DNA from: an uncultured Flavobacteriaceae bacterium
Lineage (GTDB): Bacteria > Bacteroidota > Bacteroidia > Flavobacteriales > Flavobacteriaceae
Assembly (NCBI GenBank): GCA_905182295.1
Contig: CAJJAZ010000004.1
Coordinates: forward strand, 77,854-141,853
Reading direction: 5' to 3'
DNA: 64,000 nt
In this document: positions 19,094 to 29,674 of the stretch, one piece after another
Position numbering within the stretch: position 1 is the first letter of the stretch
Layout: every line of letters starts with the position of its first letter
Notes under the pieces: model-generated
Databases searched by the model: none
What the model was told of the DNA's origin: nothing
The model's input: only the letters and a program-made list of their open reading frames with translations
Translations under genes and position numbers: made by a program

Positions 19094-19492
19094 ATGTTAA
19101 TAGAAACAAACCCAGTCCTTTTAAACACCTCAGATGCATTGGTATTTAATTTTTTAAATGAAATTAAAAATTTCGAACACCTCATGCCAGAGAACACTAG
19201 TAAATTTGAAGTGCTCAGTGAAGATCGTTTTCTTTTTGCCTTAAAAGGGATGCCTGAAATTGTCTTACAAAAAAATGAATCTGAGGCCAACTCCTATGTA
19301 TTGTTAGGTGCTGCAAGTGATAAATTACCTTTTACACTCAAAGGAAATATTGTAAATAAAGGAGAAGACAGCACTGAAGTACAATTGGTTTTTGAAGGCA
19401 CTTTCAATGCCATGATGGAAATGATGATTAAAACCCCCATAACCAATTTCGTGAATGCGTTGTCGGAAAACTTAACGAAAGTTCCATTTTAA
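19094..19492 (+). CDS. SRPBCC/START-fold protein
   Basis: VFNFL..IKNFEHLMPE and FNAMMEMMIKTPI..FVN.L pattern. Confidence 0.7.
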   Translation: MLIETNPVLLNTSDALVFNFLNEIKNFEHLMPENTSKFEVLSEDRFLFALKGMPEIVLQKNESEANSYVLLGAASDKLPFTLKGNIVNKGEDSTEVQLVFEGTFNAMMEMMIKTPITNFVNALSENLTKVPF

Positions 19493-19512
19493 GCAGGAGT
19501 CACTCACTCTTG

Positions 19513-20241
19513 TTAAAGTTTCATTGCCACCTCTTTAAACTGAAAGAACTCTTTCAGGCCTGCTTTGCTTTCAATCACCAGTGCTCCATTAGATGTAATC
19601 CCTTTAATGATCCCTTGGAAGATGTCTTTATTAGATCGTTGAAAAGTTTTTAACGATCCAAAGCCAAACAATTGGCTTTGATACCTGAATTTTAATGAAA
19701 GGTAGGATAAGTGGTCCATTTCTGAGAGTGATTTATCTAATTGAATGAGTAAGATTTCAAGAAAATAATTCAATTTAATGTCCACTTTGGAATGCACACT
19801 CAGTGCAGTAGCCTGAATTAATTCAGGCATAGGAAATTCAAGGACATTCAATCCTATCCCAATAACACTGGAAGTCACTGCATTTCCTTGAATCTTATTC
19901 TCAATGAGAATTCCACTCACTTTTTTTCCTTTGATTAAAATGTCATTGGGCCATTTCACACTTACCTGGTCTGAAAAAAGAGCGAGCACCTGACGCACCG
20001 CCAAAGAAACTGACATGGCTATTTTAAACTGATCCTCTAAAGATATATTCAGGTGATTCTTGTAAACACTTAAGCTAATGCTACTTCCCTTAGAGGCAAG
20101 CCAGCGATTCCCCATTTGCCCCCTCCCTGCAGTTTGTTCTGCAGCAAAAACAAAAGTGCCATCTTGCAACAATCCTTTACTCAAAAGGTCTTTTAGGTAA
20201 TCGTTGGTAGAAGAAATTTTGTCTAAAAAAATAAGGGGCAT
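19513..20241 (-). CDS. birA: Biotin--protein ligase (no HTH domain)
   Basis: STN, EQTAGRGQ.G..W, KWPNDI, KVSGILIE, GIGLN. Confidence 0.94.
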   Translation of the reverse strand: MPLIFLDKISSTNDYLKDLLSKGLLQDGTFVFAAEQTAGRGQMGNRWLASKGSSISLSVYKNHLNISLEDQFKIAMSVSLAVRQVLALFSDQVSVKWPNDILIKGKKVSGILIENKIQGNAVTSSVIGIGLNVLEFPMPELIQATALSVHSKVDIKLNYFLEILLIQLDKSLSEMDHLSYLSLKFRYQSQLFGFGSLKTFQRSNKDIFQGIIKGITSNGALVIESKAGLKEFFQFKEVAMKL

Positions 20242-20354
20242 AAATAAAGATTTAATCTTTTAAAACTAGGCTAAAAGGGTGTTTAATCTTATGTTAAAAA
20301 CAATAGCTAAGAACGTAAAAATATAATAACTTTGTAAAAATTTAAATTTTTTAA

Positions 20355-20729
20355 ATGTTAGATAAAAAAGGAGACGTAGATAATCTTATCTCATTAATTC
20401 TCAATGGAATAGAAGAAGTAAAAGGTTTAGATATTCAATTATTAGATCTTAGAGAAATAGAAAATACTGCCTGTGATTATTTCATTATTTGCAATGGAAC
20501 TTCAAATACGCATGTAAATGCCCTAGTTGGGTCTGTACAAAAAATAGTCAGTAAGACCATTCAAGACAAACCTTGGCATGTAGAAGGATCAGAAAATGGA
20601 GAATGGGTTTTACTCGATTATGTGAATGTTGTAGTTCACGTTTTTCAAAAACATATCAGAGAATATTACGACATAGAAAGCCTTTGGGGAGACGCCAAAG
20701 TAACGGCAATATCTAGTCCATCAAACTAA
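20355..20729 (+). CDS. rsfS: Ribosome silencing factor
   Basis: KG.DI..LDL, DYFIICNG.S..HV, WVLLDY.NVVVHVF, YYDIESLWGD. Confidence 0.95.
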   Translation: MLDKKGDVDNLISLILNGIEEVKGLDIQLLDLREIENTACDYFIICNGTSNTHVNALVGSVQKIVSKTIQDKPWHVEGSENGEWVLLDYVNVVVHVFQKHIREYYDIESLWGDAKVTAISSPSN

Positions 20730-20735
20730 AATAAA

Positions 20736-22811
20736 ATGGCAAAAGAATCTAAAACAAGTACAAAGAAACCAAAGTTTAATGCTTGGTGGGTATATGCCAC
20801 TGTGATAGCACTATTAATAGGTTTTCAATTTATGAGTAGTGGTCTTTCTAATACCAGAAAGACCACTACTTCTGAACTTCAATCGTATTTGAAGAATGGA
20901 GATATTAATAAAATTATCATTATAAGCAACACCAGACAGGCCAAAGTATTCTTAACCAAGGAAGCGCTGGGTAAAGAAGTTCATAAAGAGGTTGCTGAAA
21001 AGTCTTTCAATCTAAGCGGCTTAAGCCCAGAGTATTTATTAGACTTTGGGGACCTTCAAAACTTTGAAAACGACATTAAGACCATCAAAGCAGAGTTTCA
21101 ATTAGAGACCTCAGTAGACTACGAAACAGAATCTAACGTATTTGGAGACTTACTTTTATCCCTATTGCCATTTGTGCTGATCATTGGTATTTGGATCTAT
21201 GTGATGAAAAGAATGTCTGGTGGTGCTGGTGGCGGTGGCGGTGGCCAAATTTTCAATATTGGAAAATCGAAAGCCAAACTATTCGATGAAAAAACCGACA
21301 CCAGAACTTCATTTAAAGATGTAGCTGGTTTAGAGGGTGCTAAAGAAGAAATAGAAGAAATAGTTTCTTTTTTAAAACACCCCGAAAAATATACCTCGCT
21401 TGGAGGTAAAATTCCAAAAGGAGCTTTGCTGGTAGGACCTCCTGGAACAGGAAAAACTTTATTGGCAAAAGCCGTAGCCGGAGAAGCTAAGGTACCTTTC
21501 TTCTCCCTCTCTGGATCTGATTTTGTGGAGATGTTTGTAGGGGTAGGTGCTTCTAGGGTGAGGGATTTATTCAAACAAGCAAAAGAAAAGTCTCCTGCCA
21601 TTATTTTTATCGATGAAATAGACGCCATTGGACGCGCTAGAGGTAAAAATAATATGACAGGATCAAATGACGAAAGAGAAAACACCCTAAACCAATTACT
21701 GACAGAAATGGATGGTTTTGGTACCAATACAAATGTCATTGTCTTAGCGGCTACAAACAGGGCAGACGTATTAGACAAAGCATTGATGAGGGCGGGCCGT
21801 TTTGACAGACAAATCTATGTAGATTTACCAGATATTAGAGAACGTAAAGAAATATTTGAAGTTCATTTAAAGCCTATAAAAACATCCGTAAAACTAGATG
21901 TAGATTTCTTAGCCAAACAGACCCCTGGATTTTCTGGAGCAGATATTGCAAACGTTTGTAACGAAGCAGCACTAATCGCAGCAAGAAAAGACAAGAAAGC
22001 GGTTAGCAAACAAGACTTTTTAGACGCTGTAGACAGGATTGTGGGTGGATTAGAAAAGAAAAATAAAATCGTTACCCAGTCTGAAAAGGAAACGATTGCT
22101 TATCACGAGGCAGGACACGCTACAGTGAGTTGGATGTTAGAACATGCCGCTCCTTTAGTAAAGGTAACTATCGTTCCTAGAGGACAATCTCTGGGAGCTG
22201 CATGGTACTTGCCAGAAGAAAGGCTGATCGTTAGGACAGAGCAGATGCTAGATGAAATGTGTGCCACCTTAGGGGGACGCGCTGCAGAGAAAGTGATTTT
22301 CAATAAAATATCTACTGGTGCCTTAAGTGATTTAGAAAAAGTAACCAAGCAAGCAAGGGCTATGGTCACCGTTTACGGTTTAAATGAGTCACTAGGTAAT
22401 ATCACTTACTACGATTCTTCTGGACAGTCCGAATACGGCTTCACTAAACCCTACAGTGAGGAGACCGCCCAGAAAATTGATAAAGAGATTTCTATCTTAA
22501 TTGAAGCGCAGTACCAGAGAGCTATTGAGCTTTTAGAGGTAAACAAGGAAAAACTCACTACATTAGCAAAAAGGTTGTTAGAAAAAGAAGTGATTTTTAA
22601 GGACGATTTAGAAAAAATCTTTGGTGAAAGACCCTTTAGTCCAGCGCCAAAAGCACTTAAAAAAGAAGCTACTCCCAATCCAGATGACGAAGCTGAGACA
22701 GATCTTTCTACCAGTCCAGAAAATAAAGAAGAAAATGCCCCTTCCAGCGTTACAGAAAGTACCCTAGAAGATGCAGAGGATTCAACTACAACAAAAGAAG
22801 GTAAAGCGTAA
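20736..22811 (+). CDS. ftsH: ATP-dependent zinc metalloprotease FtsH
   Basis: Two TM helices, Walker [21 protein letters not shown] zinc motif; acidic C-terminal tail. Confidence 0.98.
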   Translation: MAKESKTSTKKPKFNAWWVYATVIALLIGFQFMSSGLSNTRKTTTSELQSYLKNGDINKIIIISNTRQAKVFLTKEALGKEVHKEVAEKSFNLSGLSPEYLLDFGDLQNFENDIKTIKAEFQLETSVDYETESNVFGDLLLSLLPFVLIIGIWIYVMKRMSGGAGGGGGGQIFNIGKSKAKLFDEKTDTRTSFKDVAGLEGAKEEIEEIVSFLKHPEKYTSLGGKIPKGALLVGPPGTGKTLLAKAVAGEAKVPFFSLSGSDFVEMFVGVGASRVRDLFKQAKEKSPAIIFIDEIDAIGRARGKNNMTGSNDERENTLNQLLTEMDGFGTNTNVIVLAATNRADVLDKALMRAGRFDRQIYVDLPDIRERKEIFEVHLKPIKTSVKLDVDFLAKQTPGFSGADIANVCNEAALIAARKDKKAVSKQDFLDAVDRIVGGLEKKNKIVTQSEKETIAYHEAGHATVSWMLEHAAPLVKVTIVPRGQSLGAAWYLPEERLIVRTEQMLDEMCATLGGRAAEKVIFNKISTGALSDLEKVTKQARAMVTVYGLNESLGNITYYDSSGQSEYGFTKPYSEETAQKIDKEISILIEAQYQRAIELLEVNKEKLTTLAKRLLEKEVIFKDDLEKIFGERPFSPAPKALKKEATPNPDDEAETDLSTSPENKEENAPSSVTESTLEDAEDSTTTKEGKA

Positions 22812-22813
22812 TA

Positions 22814-23422
22814 TTGAATTTTTTTAGCAAAATATTTGGATCCCCTAAAAACAACCCAGCTTCAAGCCAGGTTGAAAGGTCCAAGTATATGCCAGAAGAA
22901 AAAACTCCAGTAGATGAATTATTCACCATTAACTTCAAAAAAAATGGGGGTAAGTTCTTGTACTGCGAAGACAAAGATGAAGCGCTAGAGCTCTTGAGTA
23001 GCATCCTAGATGAAAACCTTTGGAAAGAGAAACCCCTGCTTACTTTAGACAAGAACATGGCGTTATTCTGTGCCAATGCAGGATATGAAACCACCCATAA
23101 AACGAAGGGAGCTGGATTGTTTTTCACCTCTTGTGAACACCTTATTGCTCTGAATGGTTCTATTTTAGTGAGTGACAGCCAGTTTGGGGAAAACAAATTG
23201 CCAGACCTACCGGAACTTATCATAGTATTCGCCAAGACCAGCCAAATGTTAGAGACCATACAAGACGGTCTAAAACAAATTAAAAAAAACTACCCCAAAC
23301 AGATACCCGGTAATATAACCGCCATAAAGAACTTCAAAAAAGAAAACGAGGGTCAGAAGGATTTTCTCACTTATGGAAGTTGCAATAAAGATGTGTATCT
23401 GATTCTTTTAGAAGACCTTTAA
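22814..23422 (+). CDS. LUD (lactate utilization B/C-like) domain protein
   Basis: F..NFKKNGGKFLYC, TSCEHLIA.NGSIL; TTG start 2 nt after the ftsH stop. Confidence 0.75.
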   Translation: MNFFSKIFGSPKNNPASSQVERSKYMPEEKTPVDELFTINFKKNGGKFLYCEDKDEALELLSSILDENLWKEKPLLTLDKNMALFCANAGYETTHKTKGAGLFFTSCEHLIALNGSILVSDSQFGENKLPDLPELIIVFAKTSQMLETIQDGLKQIKKNYPKQIPGNITAIKNFKKENEGQKDFLTYGSCNKDVYLILLEDL

Positions 23423-24217
23423 ATGAGAGAATTAATAAGAAGGCTCCTCACTGGGGGGGTCTATGTATTTATATTACTAGCAGCTGTATTTTTAAATTCA
23501 GATGCCTTTGATTTTCTATTTATGGCCTTTGGACTAGCCTGTATCTATGAATATAAAAGAATCACCAAATTACGAGGCTATTATCTATTTATGGCCTATT
23601 TGGCCCTATGGTGGTTTTTCATATACCTGATACAAAATAAGTTTACTATAGGCATACTACTAGGGGCAACTCTGATTATTAATAGTTTCCTGCTCTACTA
23701 TTTACTCAAAATTAAACAACAACACCTAACTAAAAGCATGACTTTTATATCAGGCTTATTCTATATTGGTGGCGGTTGTATTTTTTTAACACTCATCCCC
23801 TACACCACACCTGAATTTGCAAAAATGCTCATCACAGGTATTTTTTTAATTATTTGGATGAATGACTCCTTTGCTTATTTGGTGGGGAAACAGTTTGGAA
23901 AAAATAAATTATACGCATCTGTCTCTCCAAAGAAAACCATTGAGGGAGCGCTAGGAGGTCTCGTATTTGGCCTTATAGCCGCTTTGTTAATTGCCTCTAT
24001 TGACTCTTTACTATCACTGAATCAGTGGCTTATACTGGCCTTAGTGGTCGTTGTTTTTGGAAACCTAGGAGACCTTCTTGAATCTAAATTCAAACGTGTT
24101 GCTGGCTTAAAAGACAGCGGCGCTATTTTACCTGGCCACGGAGGGATGTTAGATAGATTAGATAGTCTTATATTTGCCGCACCATTTGCATATTTGCTCA
24201 TTCTTATCTTTAATTAG
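23423..24217 (+). CDS. cdsA: Phosphatidate cytidylyltransferase
   Basis: DSFAYLVG, SPKKTIEG, GDLLESKFKR..G.KDSG..LPGHGG.LDRLDS. Confidence 0.96.
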   Translation: MRELIRRLLTGGVYVFILLAAVFLNSDAFDFLFMAFGLACIYEYKRITKLRGYYLFMAYLALWWFFIYLIQNKFTIGILLGATLIINSFLLYYLLKIKQQHLTKSMTFISGLFYIGGGCIFLTLIPYTTPEFAKMLITGIFLIIWMNDSFAYLVGKQFGKNKLYASVSPKKTIEGALGGLVFGLIAALLIASIDSLLSLNQWLILALVVVVFGNLGDLLESKFKRVAGLKDSGAILPGHGGMLDRLDSLIFAAPFAYLLILIFN

Positions 24218-24219
24218 TT

Positions 24220-24885
24220 ATGTTTCACAGAGAAGGTTTTAAGATTATTGCGATCACTTTTATCATTGTTGGAGTCATTGCCCTTACGGCCGATGCCTAT
24301 ATTACTCAAGACCTCATAAAATACGGGGTACAAGGTGTTGTTTTAGCGACACTGGTTTTAATTTTACAATTTTTCAGAAACCCAAAAAGAGTCGTTCAAT
24401 TTAATCTCAATGAAATTATTGCACCTGTAGACGGTAAAGTTGTTGTCATAGAAGAAGTAGAAGAAAAGGAATATTTTCAAGGAAAAAGAAAGCAAGTTTC
24501 TGTCTTTATGTCTCCCCTAAACGTTCACGTAACAAGGTACCCAGTAAGTGGCGTGATACAATACTCAAAATACCATCCTGGTAAATATTTAGTAGCATGG
24601 CATCCTAAAGCTAGTGAAGAAAACGAAAGAACTACCATTGTCATTAAAACACCTAAATTTGGAGATATTCTTTACAGACAAATCGCAGGCGCTTTAGCCA
24701 GAAGAATTGTTAATTATGCAAAAAAAGGAGACAAAGCCATACAAGGAGCAGACGCAGGGTTTATAAAATTTGGCTCTAGAGTAGACCTTTTCTTACCCCT
24801 AGATTGTATTGTCACTGTGGGGCTTAATCAAAAAGTAGTGGGTGCAAAAACGGTCATAGCTACACTAAGAGACGGAGATGAGTAA
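24220..24885 (+). CDS. psd: Phosphatidylserine decarboxylase proenzyme
   Basis: FFRNP, APVDGKV, FMSPLNVH, KFGSRVD pyruvoyl cleavage site. Confidence 0.94.
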   Translation: MFHREGFKIIAITFIIVGVIALTADAYITQDLIKYGVQGVVLATLVLILQFFRNPKRVVQFNLNEIIAPVDGKVVVIEEVEEKEYFQGKRKQVSVFMSPLNVHVTRYPVSGVIQYSKYHPGKYLVAWHPKASEENERTTIVIKTPKFGDILYRQIAGALARRIVNYAKKGDKAIQGADAGFIKFGSRVDLFLPLDCIVTVGLNQKVVGAKTVIATLRDGDE

Positions 24886-25132
24886 TCCAACAGAATCAGA
24901 CTTCAACAAAGCGGTTATTAAGGTAAATAGCAGCAATAAGCCGCTACCTCCAGACACCATGCTCAAATTATATGCACTGTACAAAATAGCTACCAAAAAT
25001 CAAAAAAATCCCAGTGGAGACAAGCCTTTGATTAGTGCATTTAAAGCCAACGCTTTGTTTCAAGCGAAACACATAAACATTGAAGCTGCCATGTTAGAAT
25101 ATATAGCTATCGTGGATAAAGAAGTATCCTAA
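24878..25132 (+). CDS. Acyl-CoA-binding protein
   Basis: MLKLYALYK.AT, AFK.NA, AM.EYI. Confidence 0.85.
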   Translation: MSNPTESDFNKAVIKVNSSNKPLPPDTMLKLYALYKIATKNQKNPSGDKPLISAFKANALFQAKHINIEAAMLEYIAIVDKEVS

Positions 25133-25158
25133 TAGGGTCAAATCTTCTGATATTAGGG

Positions 25159-26436
25159 CTAAATATTAACGCGAAATTTCTTTTGAAGATGGACTAATCT
25201 CGACTGAAAAAAGCCGTAAACAAGTCCCATCAAGCTCAATACAAAGTAACTGTATAATACAATACTCCAGCTATAAAAATGAGCTGGGGCGTCTCCAGTA
25301 TTTAAAAATATAACACTGGTTATAAGTCCTATTGAGATTCTAGTTACCTCAGTAAAGTAGCCACCACTCCAACGGTCCATAAACATGGAATAGCTATATA
25401 CGCTGAGTGCAATATACAAAGCCAAAAGAATAAACTCAAATGCTTCTAACCCATCTACCTCTGAAAGACCTAGGAGAAGGATCATAGAAACACCTAGCAA
25501 TTGAAATACAGCATAGGCCTTAAATAATATACTCCCAGATTCTGGATAGCGTTTAAAATTAAACACGTCTTCTATAATTTCTACAGGGTAATTGTCTGCG
25601 ACATCGGCGGGACGCCAACCAGTGGGCATAAACCAAATTCGCAGCTTGTCTATCCAGGATTTTGTGCGCCATGCGTCTTTAGATATTTGCCAGAAATGCA
25701 TGAAATTAATGGTTAATGGATTCCATGTATTGACCTGTTTTAACACACCGTATTGCGGAGGATCACTTGCTAACTCTTCTTGAAAAGTGCCAAACATACG
25801 GTCCCAAATACTAAAAAATTGCCCTAAATTTTTATCTATGTAGCGCTCATTAATCGCGTGATGCACCCGGTGTTGTGAGGGGGTAACAATAATATATTCT
25901 AAAAATCCCAATTTCCCTATATGCTGGGTATGGTACCAAAATTGGGCAAATAAATGTACCGGCGCCAATATAGCAATCACTTTATAAGGAACCCCTAACA
26001 AAGCTGCTGGAAGTAGCAATAGTGGAAAATAAGCAAAAAGATTGGATATGGATTGTCTTAAAGCACAGGCTAAATTAAAAGACTCACTGCTGTGGTGAAT
26101 CATGTGTTGGTTCCAAAAAATATTAATTTTATGACTCAATCTGTGGTTCCAATAACCGCCAAAATCTATACAGATAAATCCAATGACCCAAACCCACCAA
26201 TGTACCTCCAAAGGAACTACTTTAAAAAAAGACAGTATACTTGGGTAAGACACTAACACGACACCCAAACCTAGGGTGTCCTTTAAAATATTGGTGATTC
26301 CTGAACTGATACTAGATACGGTATCCAGCACACCATAGGTGATTTTTTTTCGCCAATACCCATACCCAATTTCTAATAAAATGAGAAGTAAAAATAAAGG
26401 AATAGCAATTAATAAGGCGTTCGCATAAGCTTCCAT
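25159..26436 (-). CDS. Sterol desaturase / fatty acid hydroxylase family (alkylglycerol monooxygenase-like)
   Basis: His boxes WNHRLSH, HMIHHSSE, QFWYH, HRVHH; extra C-terminal TM domain. Confidence 0.88.
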   Translation of the reverse strand: MEAYANALLIAIPLFLLLILLEIGYGYWRKKITYGVLDTVSSISSGITNILKDTLGLGVVLVSYPSILSFFKVVPLEVHWWVWVIGFICIDFGGYWNHRLSHKINIFWNQHMIHHSSESFNLACALRQSISNLFAYFPLLLLPAALLGVPYKVIAILAPVHLFAQFWYHTQHIGKLGFLEYIIVTPSQHRVHHAINERYIDKNLGQFFSIWDRMFGTFQEELASDPPQYGVLKQVNTWNPLTINFMHFWQISKDAWRTKSWIDKLRIWFMPTGWRPADVADNYPVEIIEDVFNFKRYPESGSILFKAYAVFQLLGVSMILLLGLSEVDGLEAFEFILLALYIALSVYSYSMFMDRWSGGYFTEVTRISIGLITSVIFLNTGDAPAHFYSWSIVLYSYFVLSLMGLVYGFFQSRLVHLQKKFRVNI

Positions 26437-26466
26437 AACTAGAATAGGCTTGTACTTTAAAATCTA

Positions 26467-29103
26467 CTAGCCTTTCAAATATACTAAACTTTGCTCTAGT
26501 GTTTCTATTTTAGCAATGGCGTCTGATTGCTTTTTCTTTTCTAAAGCAAGAACAGCCTCTGGAGCATTCGAAACAAATCGTTCATTCGAAAGTTTCTTTT
26601 CTACAGAGGTTAAAAATCCTTTGGTATAAGTTAGCTCTTCTGTCACTTTAGCTATTTCTGCGTCCACATCAATGGCCCCAGCAATAGGGATAAAATATTC
26701 ATGAGCGTCTACCCTGAAACTAAGGGCGCCTTCTATTGGCGCGTCTGTAAGCTGAAGTGGTCTTAAATTAGCCAATTTTTCAATTCCAGCAGTCCAGTAA
26801 ATCAAAGGATTAGATGGGTGCATTACAAACATGTCTAAAACTTCTTTTTGGGCAATCTGCTTTTCTTTCCTAACCGTTCTCACCTCAGATATCACTTGCT
26901 TGGCCCATTCAAAACCAGCTAATAAGTCTGCTTGATTCAAAGAATTTACCTCTGGCCAATGATTCACTATAAGGGCTTCTTCTGGAGATCTTTCTGAAAT
27001 TTGCTGCCAAATATCCTCCGATAAAAATGGCATAAAGGGATGTAAAATCCTTAAATTATTTTCCATTAAAGCGATCACCTGAGATTTTGTCGTGCGATCT
27101 ACAGGCTGCTGATAATGAGGTTTAATTAACTCTAAAAGCCAAGAACTGTAATTCTCCCACAACAATTTGTAAGTAGCCATGAGTGCATTTGAAATCCTGT
27201 ACTTACTAAAGTCATCTTCTATTTCTACTACCGTTTTATTAAACAAGGCCGTATACCACTCAATGGCTGTTTTTGCAGCTTCTGGCTGGGGAATATCTGC
27301 TACTTCCCAGGATTGAATGAGTCTAAAACCGTTCCAAATTTTATTCGCAAAATTCTTTCCTTGCTGGCACAATGCCTCATCAAACATGAGGTCGTTTCCT
27401 GCAGCAGAACTCAATAATAACCCTACCCTAACACCATCTGCCCCATAGTCTTCTATAAGCTTTAAGGCGTCTGGTGAGTTTCCTAGGGATTTAGACATTT
27501 TTCTCCTTTGTGCATCTCTTACTAATCCTGTAAAATATACATTAGAAAAAGGTTTTTCTCCCCTAAATTCATAGCCAGCTACCACCATTCTAGCTACCCA
27601 GAAAAATAAAATATCTGGGCCAGTAACCAAATCATTGGTGGGGTAGTAATAATTAATCTCCTCATTATCTGGCTCGAGTATTCCATTAAACACACTCATG
27701 GGCCACAACCATGAAGAAAACCAAGTATCTAAGGCATCTTCATCTTGTCTTAAGTCTTGAGAAGTTAGGCTTGAATTACCAGACTTCTCCTTGGCGAGTA
27801 TTAATGCAGTTTCAATATTTTCAGCAACGACAAAGTCTTCTCTACCGTCTCCAAAGTAAAAGGCAGGTATTTGCTGTCCCCACCACAATTGTCTGGAAAT
27901 GTTCCAATCACGAATATTTTCCATCCAATGTCTGTAGGTATTTTCAAACTTTTTAGGAAACAACTTCACTTCTTCATCCTCCAATACAGCCTTTAAGGCA
28001 GGCTGGGCTAAAGTCTCCATTTTTAGGAACCATTGGTCGGACAATCTAGGCTCTATCACAGCTTTAGTTCTCTCTGAAGTTCCCACTTTATTAAGGTGCG
28101 GTTCTGTTTTTACTAAGAAATTTTGGGCTGCTAAATCTTTCGAAACCTTTTTTCTAGCATCAAACCTATCCATTCCCTCGTAGCCCATACCAAAGGAATT
28201 TAAAGTGGCATTGGGATTGAAAATATCTATAATGTCTAAGTCATATTTTTCACCCAGTGCCTTGTCATTCAGATCATGCGCTGGTGTAACTTTTAAACAG
28301 CCTGTTCCAAATTCCATATCTACATAAGGATCTGCAATGATTGGAATCTCTCTTCCACAAAGCGGCACAATAGCTTTTTTACCGTGAAGGTGCGTAAAGC
28401 GCTCATCTTCAGGGTGAACACAAATAGCCGTGTCTCCAAATATGGTCTCAGGTCTAGTGGTGGCAATGGTAAGCTTCTGATCACTTCCAGCCACCTGATA
28501 AGAAATATAGTATAATAAGCCTTGCTTCTCTTCGTAAATAACCTCTTCATCTGACAGTGTGGTGAGTGCCTCAGGATCCCAATTCACCATTCTATTGCCC
28601 CTGTAAATAAGGCCTTTATTAAATAGGTCTACAAAGACTTTGATCACAGAATCTGATAAGATAGGATCCATTGTAAAAGCAGTCCTATCCCAATCACAAG
28701 AACAGCCTAACTTTTTTAATTGTTCCAAAATAACCCCTCCATACTCGTTTTTCCATTCCCATGCATGGGCTAAAAACGCTTCCCTTGTTAAATCAGATTT
28801 AGAAATGCCTTGCTCTTTGAGTTTTGCAACAACTTTAGCCTCGGTAGCAATAGAAGCGTGATCCGTTCCAGGTACCCAACATGCATTAAAACCTTGCAAT
28901 CTTGCTTTTCTGATCAGTACATCTTGAATGGTATTGTTAAGCATATGCCCCATATGCAAAACTCCAGTTACATTTGGCGGAGGAATGACTATGGTATATG
29001 GGGTTCTTTCGTCTGGTTTAGAAGCAAAAAAATTGTGCTTCATCCAATAGTCATACCATTGGTTTTCAATTTGTACAGGGGAATATTTGGAAGCGGTCTC
29101 CAT
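26467..29103 (-). CDS. valS: Valine--tRNA ligase
   Basis: PPPNVTGVLHMGH, DWNISRQLWWG, KMSKS, C-terminal coiled coil. Confidence 0.98.
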   Translation of the reverse strand: METASKYSPVQIENQWYDYWMKHNFFASKPDERTPYTIVIPPPNVTGVLHMGHMLNNTIQDVLIRKARLQGFNACWVPGTDHASIATEAKVVAKLKEQGISKSDLTREAFLAHAWEWKNEYGGVILEQLKKLGCSCDWDRTAFTMDPILSDSVIKVFVDLFNKGLIYRGNRMVNWDPEALTTLSDEEVIYEEKQGLLYYISYQVAGSDQKLTIATTRPETIFGDTAICVHPEDERFTHLHGKKAIVPLCGREIPIIADPYVDMEFGTGCLKVTPAHDLNDKALGEKYDLDIIDIFNPNATLNSFGMGYEGMDRFDARKKVSKDLAAQNFLVKTEPHLNKVGTSERTKAVIEPRLSDQWFLKMETLAQPALKAVLEDEEVKLFPKKFENTYRHWMENIRDWNISRQLWWGQQIPAFYFGDGREDFVVAENIETALILAKEKSGNSSLTSQDLRQDEDALDTWFSSWLWPMSVFNGILEPDNEEINYYYPTNDLVTGPDILFFWVARMVVAGYEFRGEKPFSNVYFTGLVRDAQRRKMSKSLGNSPDALKLIEDYGADGVRVGLLLSSAAGNDLMFDEALCQQGKNFANKIWNGFRLIQSWEVADIPQPEAAKTAIEWYTALFNKTVVEIEDDFSKYRISNALMATYKLLWENYSSWLLELIKPHYQQPVDRTTKSQVIALMENNLRILHPFMPFLSEDIWQQISERSPEEALIVNHWPEVNSLNQADLLAGFEWAKQVISEVRTVRKEKQIAQKEVLDMFVMHPSNPLIYWTAGIEKLANLRPLQLTDAPIEGALSFRVDAHEYFIPIAGAIDVDAEIAKVTEELTYTKGFLTSVEKKLSNERFVSNAPEAVLALEKKKQSDAIAKIETLEQSLVYLKG

Positions 29104-29236
29104 GGGATATAGTCGTTAGGCTTGTTTTTAGCAAATAATTAGATACAAAAATAAGGATACTCTGCCTCTCTTGAAAGAATTTTGTCCCTTGTTATGAAAA
29201 GAATTATATTTGATATACTACTAAACTTGAAAAAAA

Positions 29237-29614
29237 ATGAAAAATTTACTATTCTTATTGGCGGTAATCTTTGTGCAAAACACTGTTTTAGCTCAAGAAA
29301 AAACGGCAAAAATAAGCTTCAAATTTGAAACCATCGATTACGGAACAATTGCTGTAAATAGCGACGGAATTAGGGTCTTTGAATTCACCAACACCGGAGA
29401 CGCTCCTCTGGTAATTACCGAAGTGAGCTCTAGCTGTGGTTGTACCATTCCAAAAAAACCGGAAGCACCCATCTTACCAGGTAAAACAGGTGAAATTCAA
29501 GTAAAATACAACACCGCTCTAGTAGGGCCCATAAGAAAAGCTGTTACGGTAAAGTCTAATGCAGACACACCCACGAAAATACTGACTATCAAGGGGATGG
29601 TTAAAAAAGAATAA
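29237..29614 (+). CDS. DUF1573 domain protein
   Basis: Signal peptide; FEFTNTGDAPLVI..V.SSCGCT.P, PILPG.TGEI.V.Y. Confidence 0.9.
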   Translation: MKNLLFLLAVIFVQNTVLAQEKTAKISFKFETIDYGTIAVNSDGIRVFEFTNTGDAPLVITEVSSSCGCTIPKKPEAPILPGKTGEIQVKYNTALVGPIRKAVTVKSNADTPTKILTIKGMVKKE

Positions 29615-29674
29615 TAATTTTTAAAAAAACAAGCTGGGCTTGTTTTTGATTCATAATTTCGCAAAAAAAAATCC

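Noticed and set aside
21197-21778. Long antisense ORFs in the track (e.g. 21197-21778, 22786-23259, 7749-8201, 1966-2337)
   Set aside because: Shadow frames of well-conserved genes with no recognisable motifs
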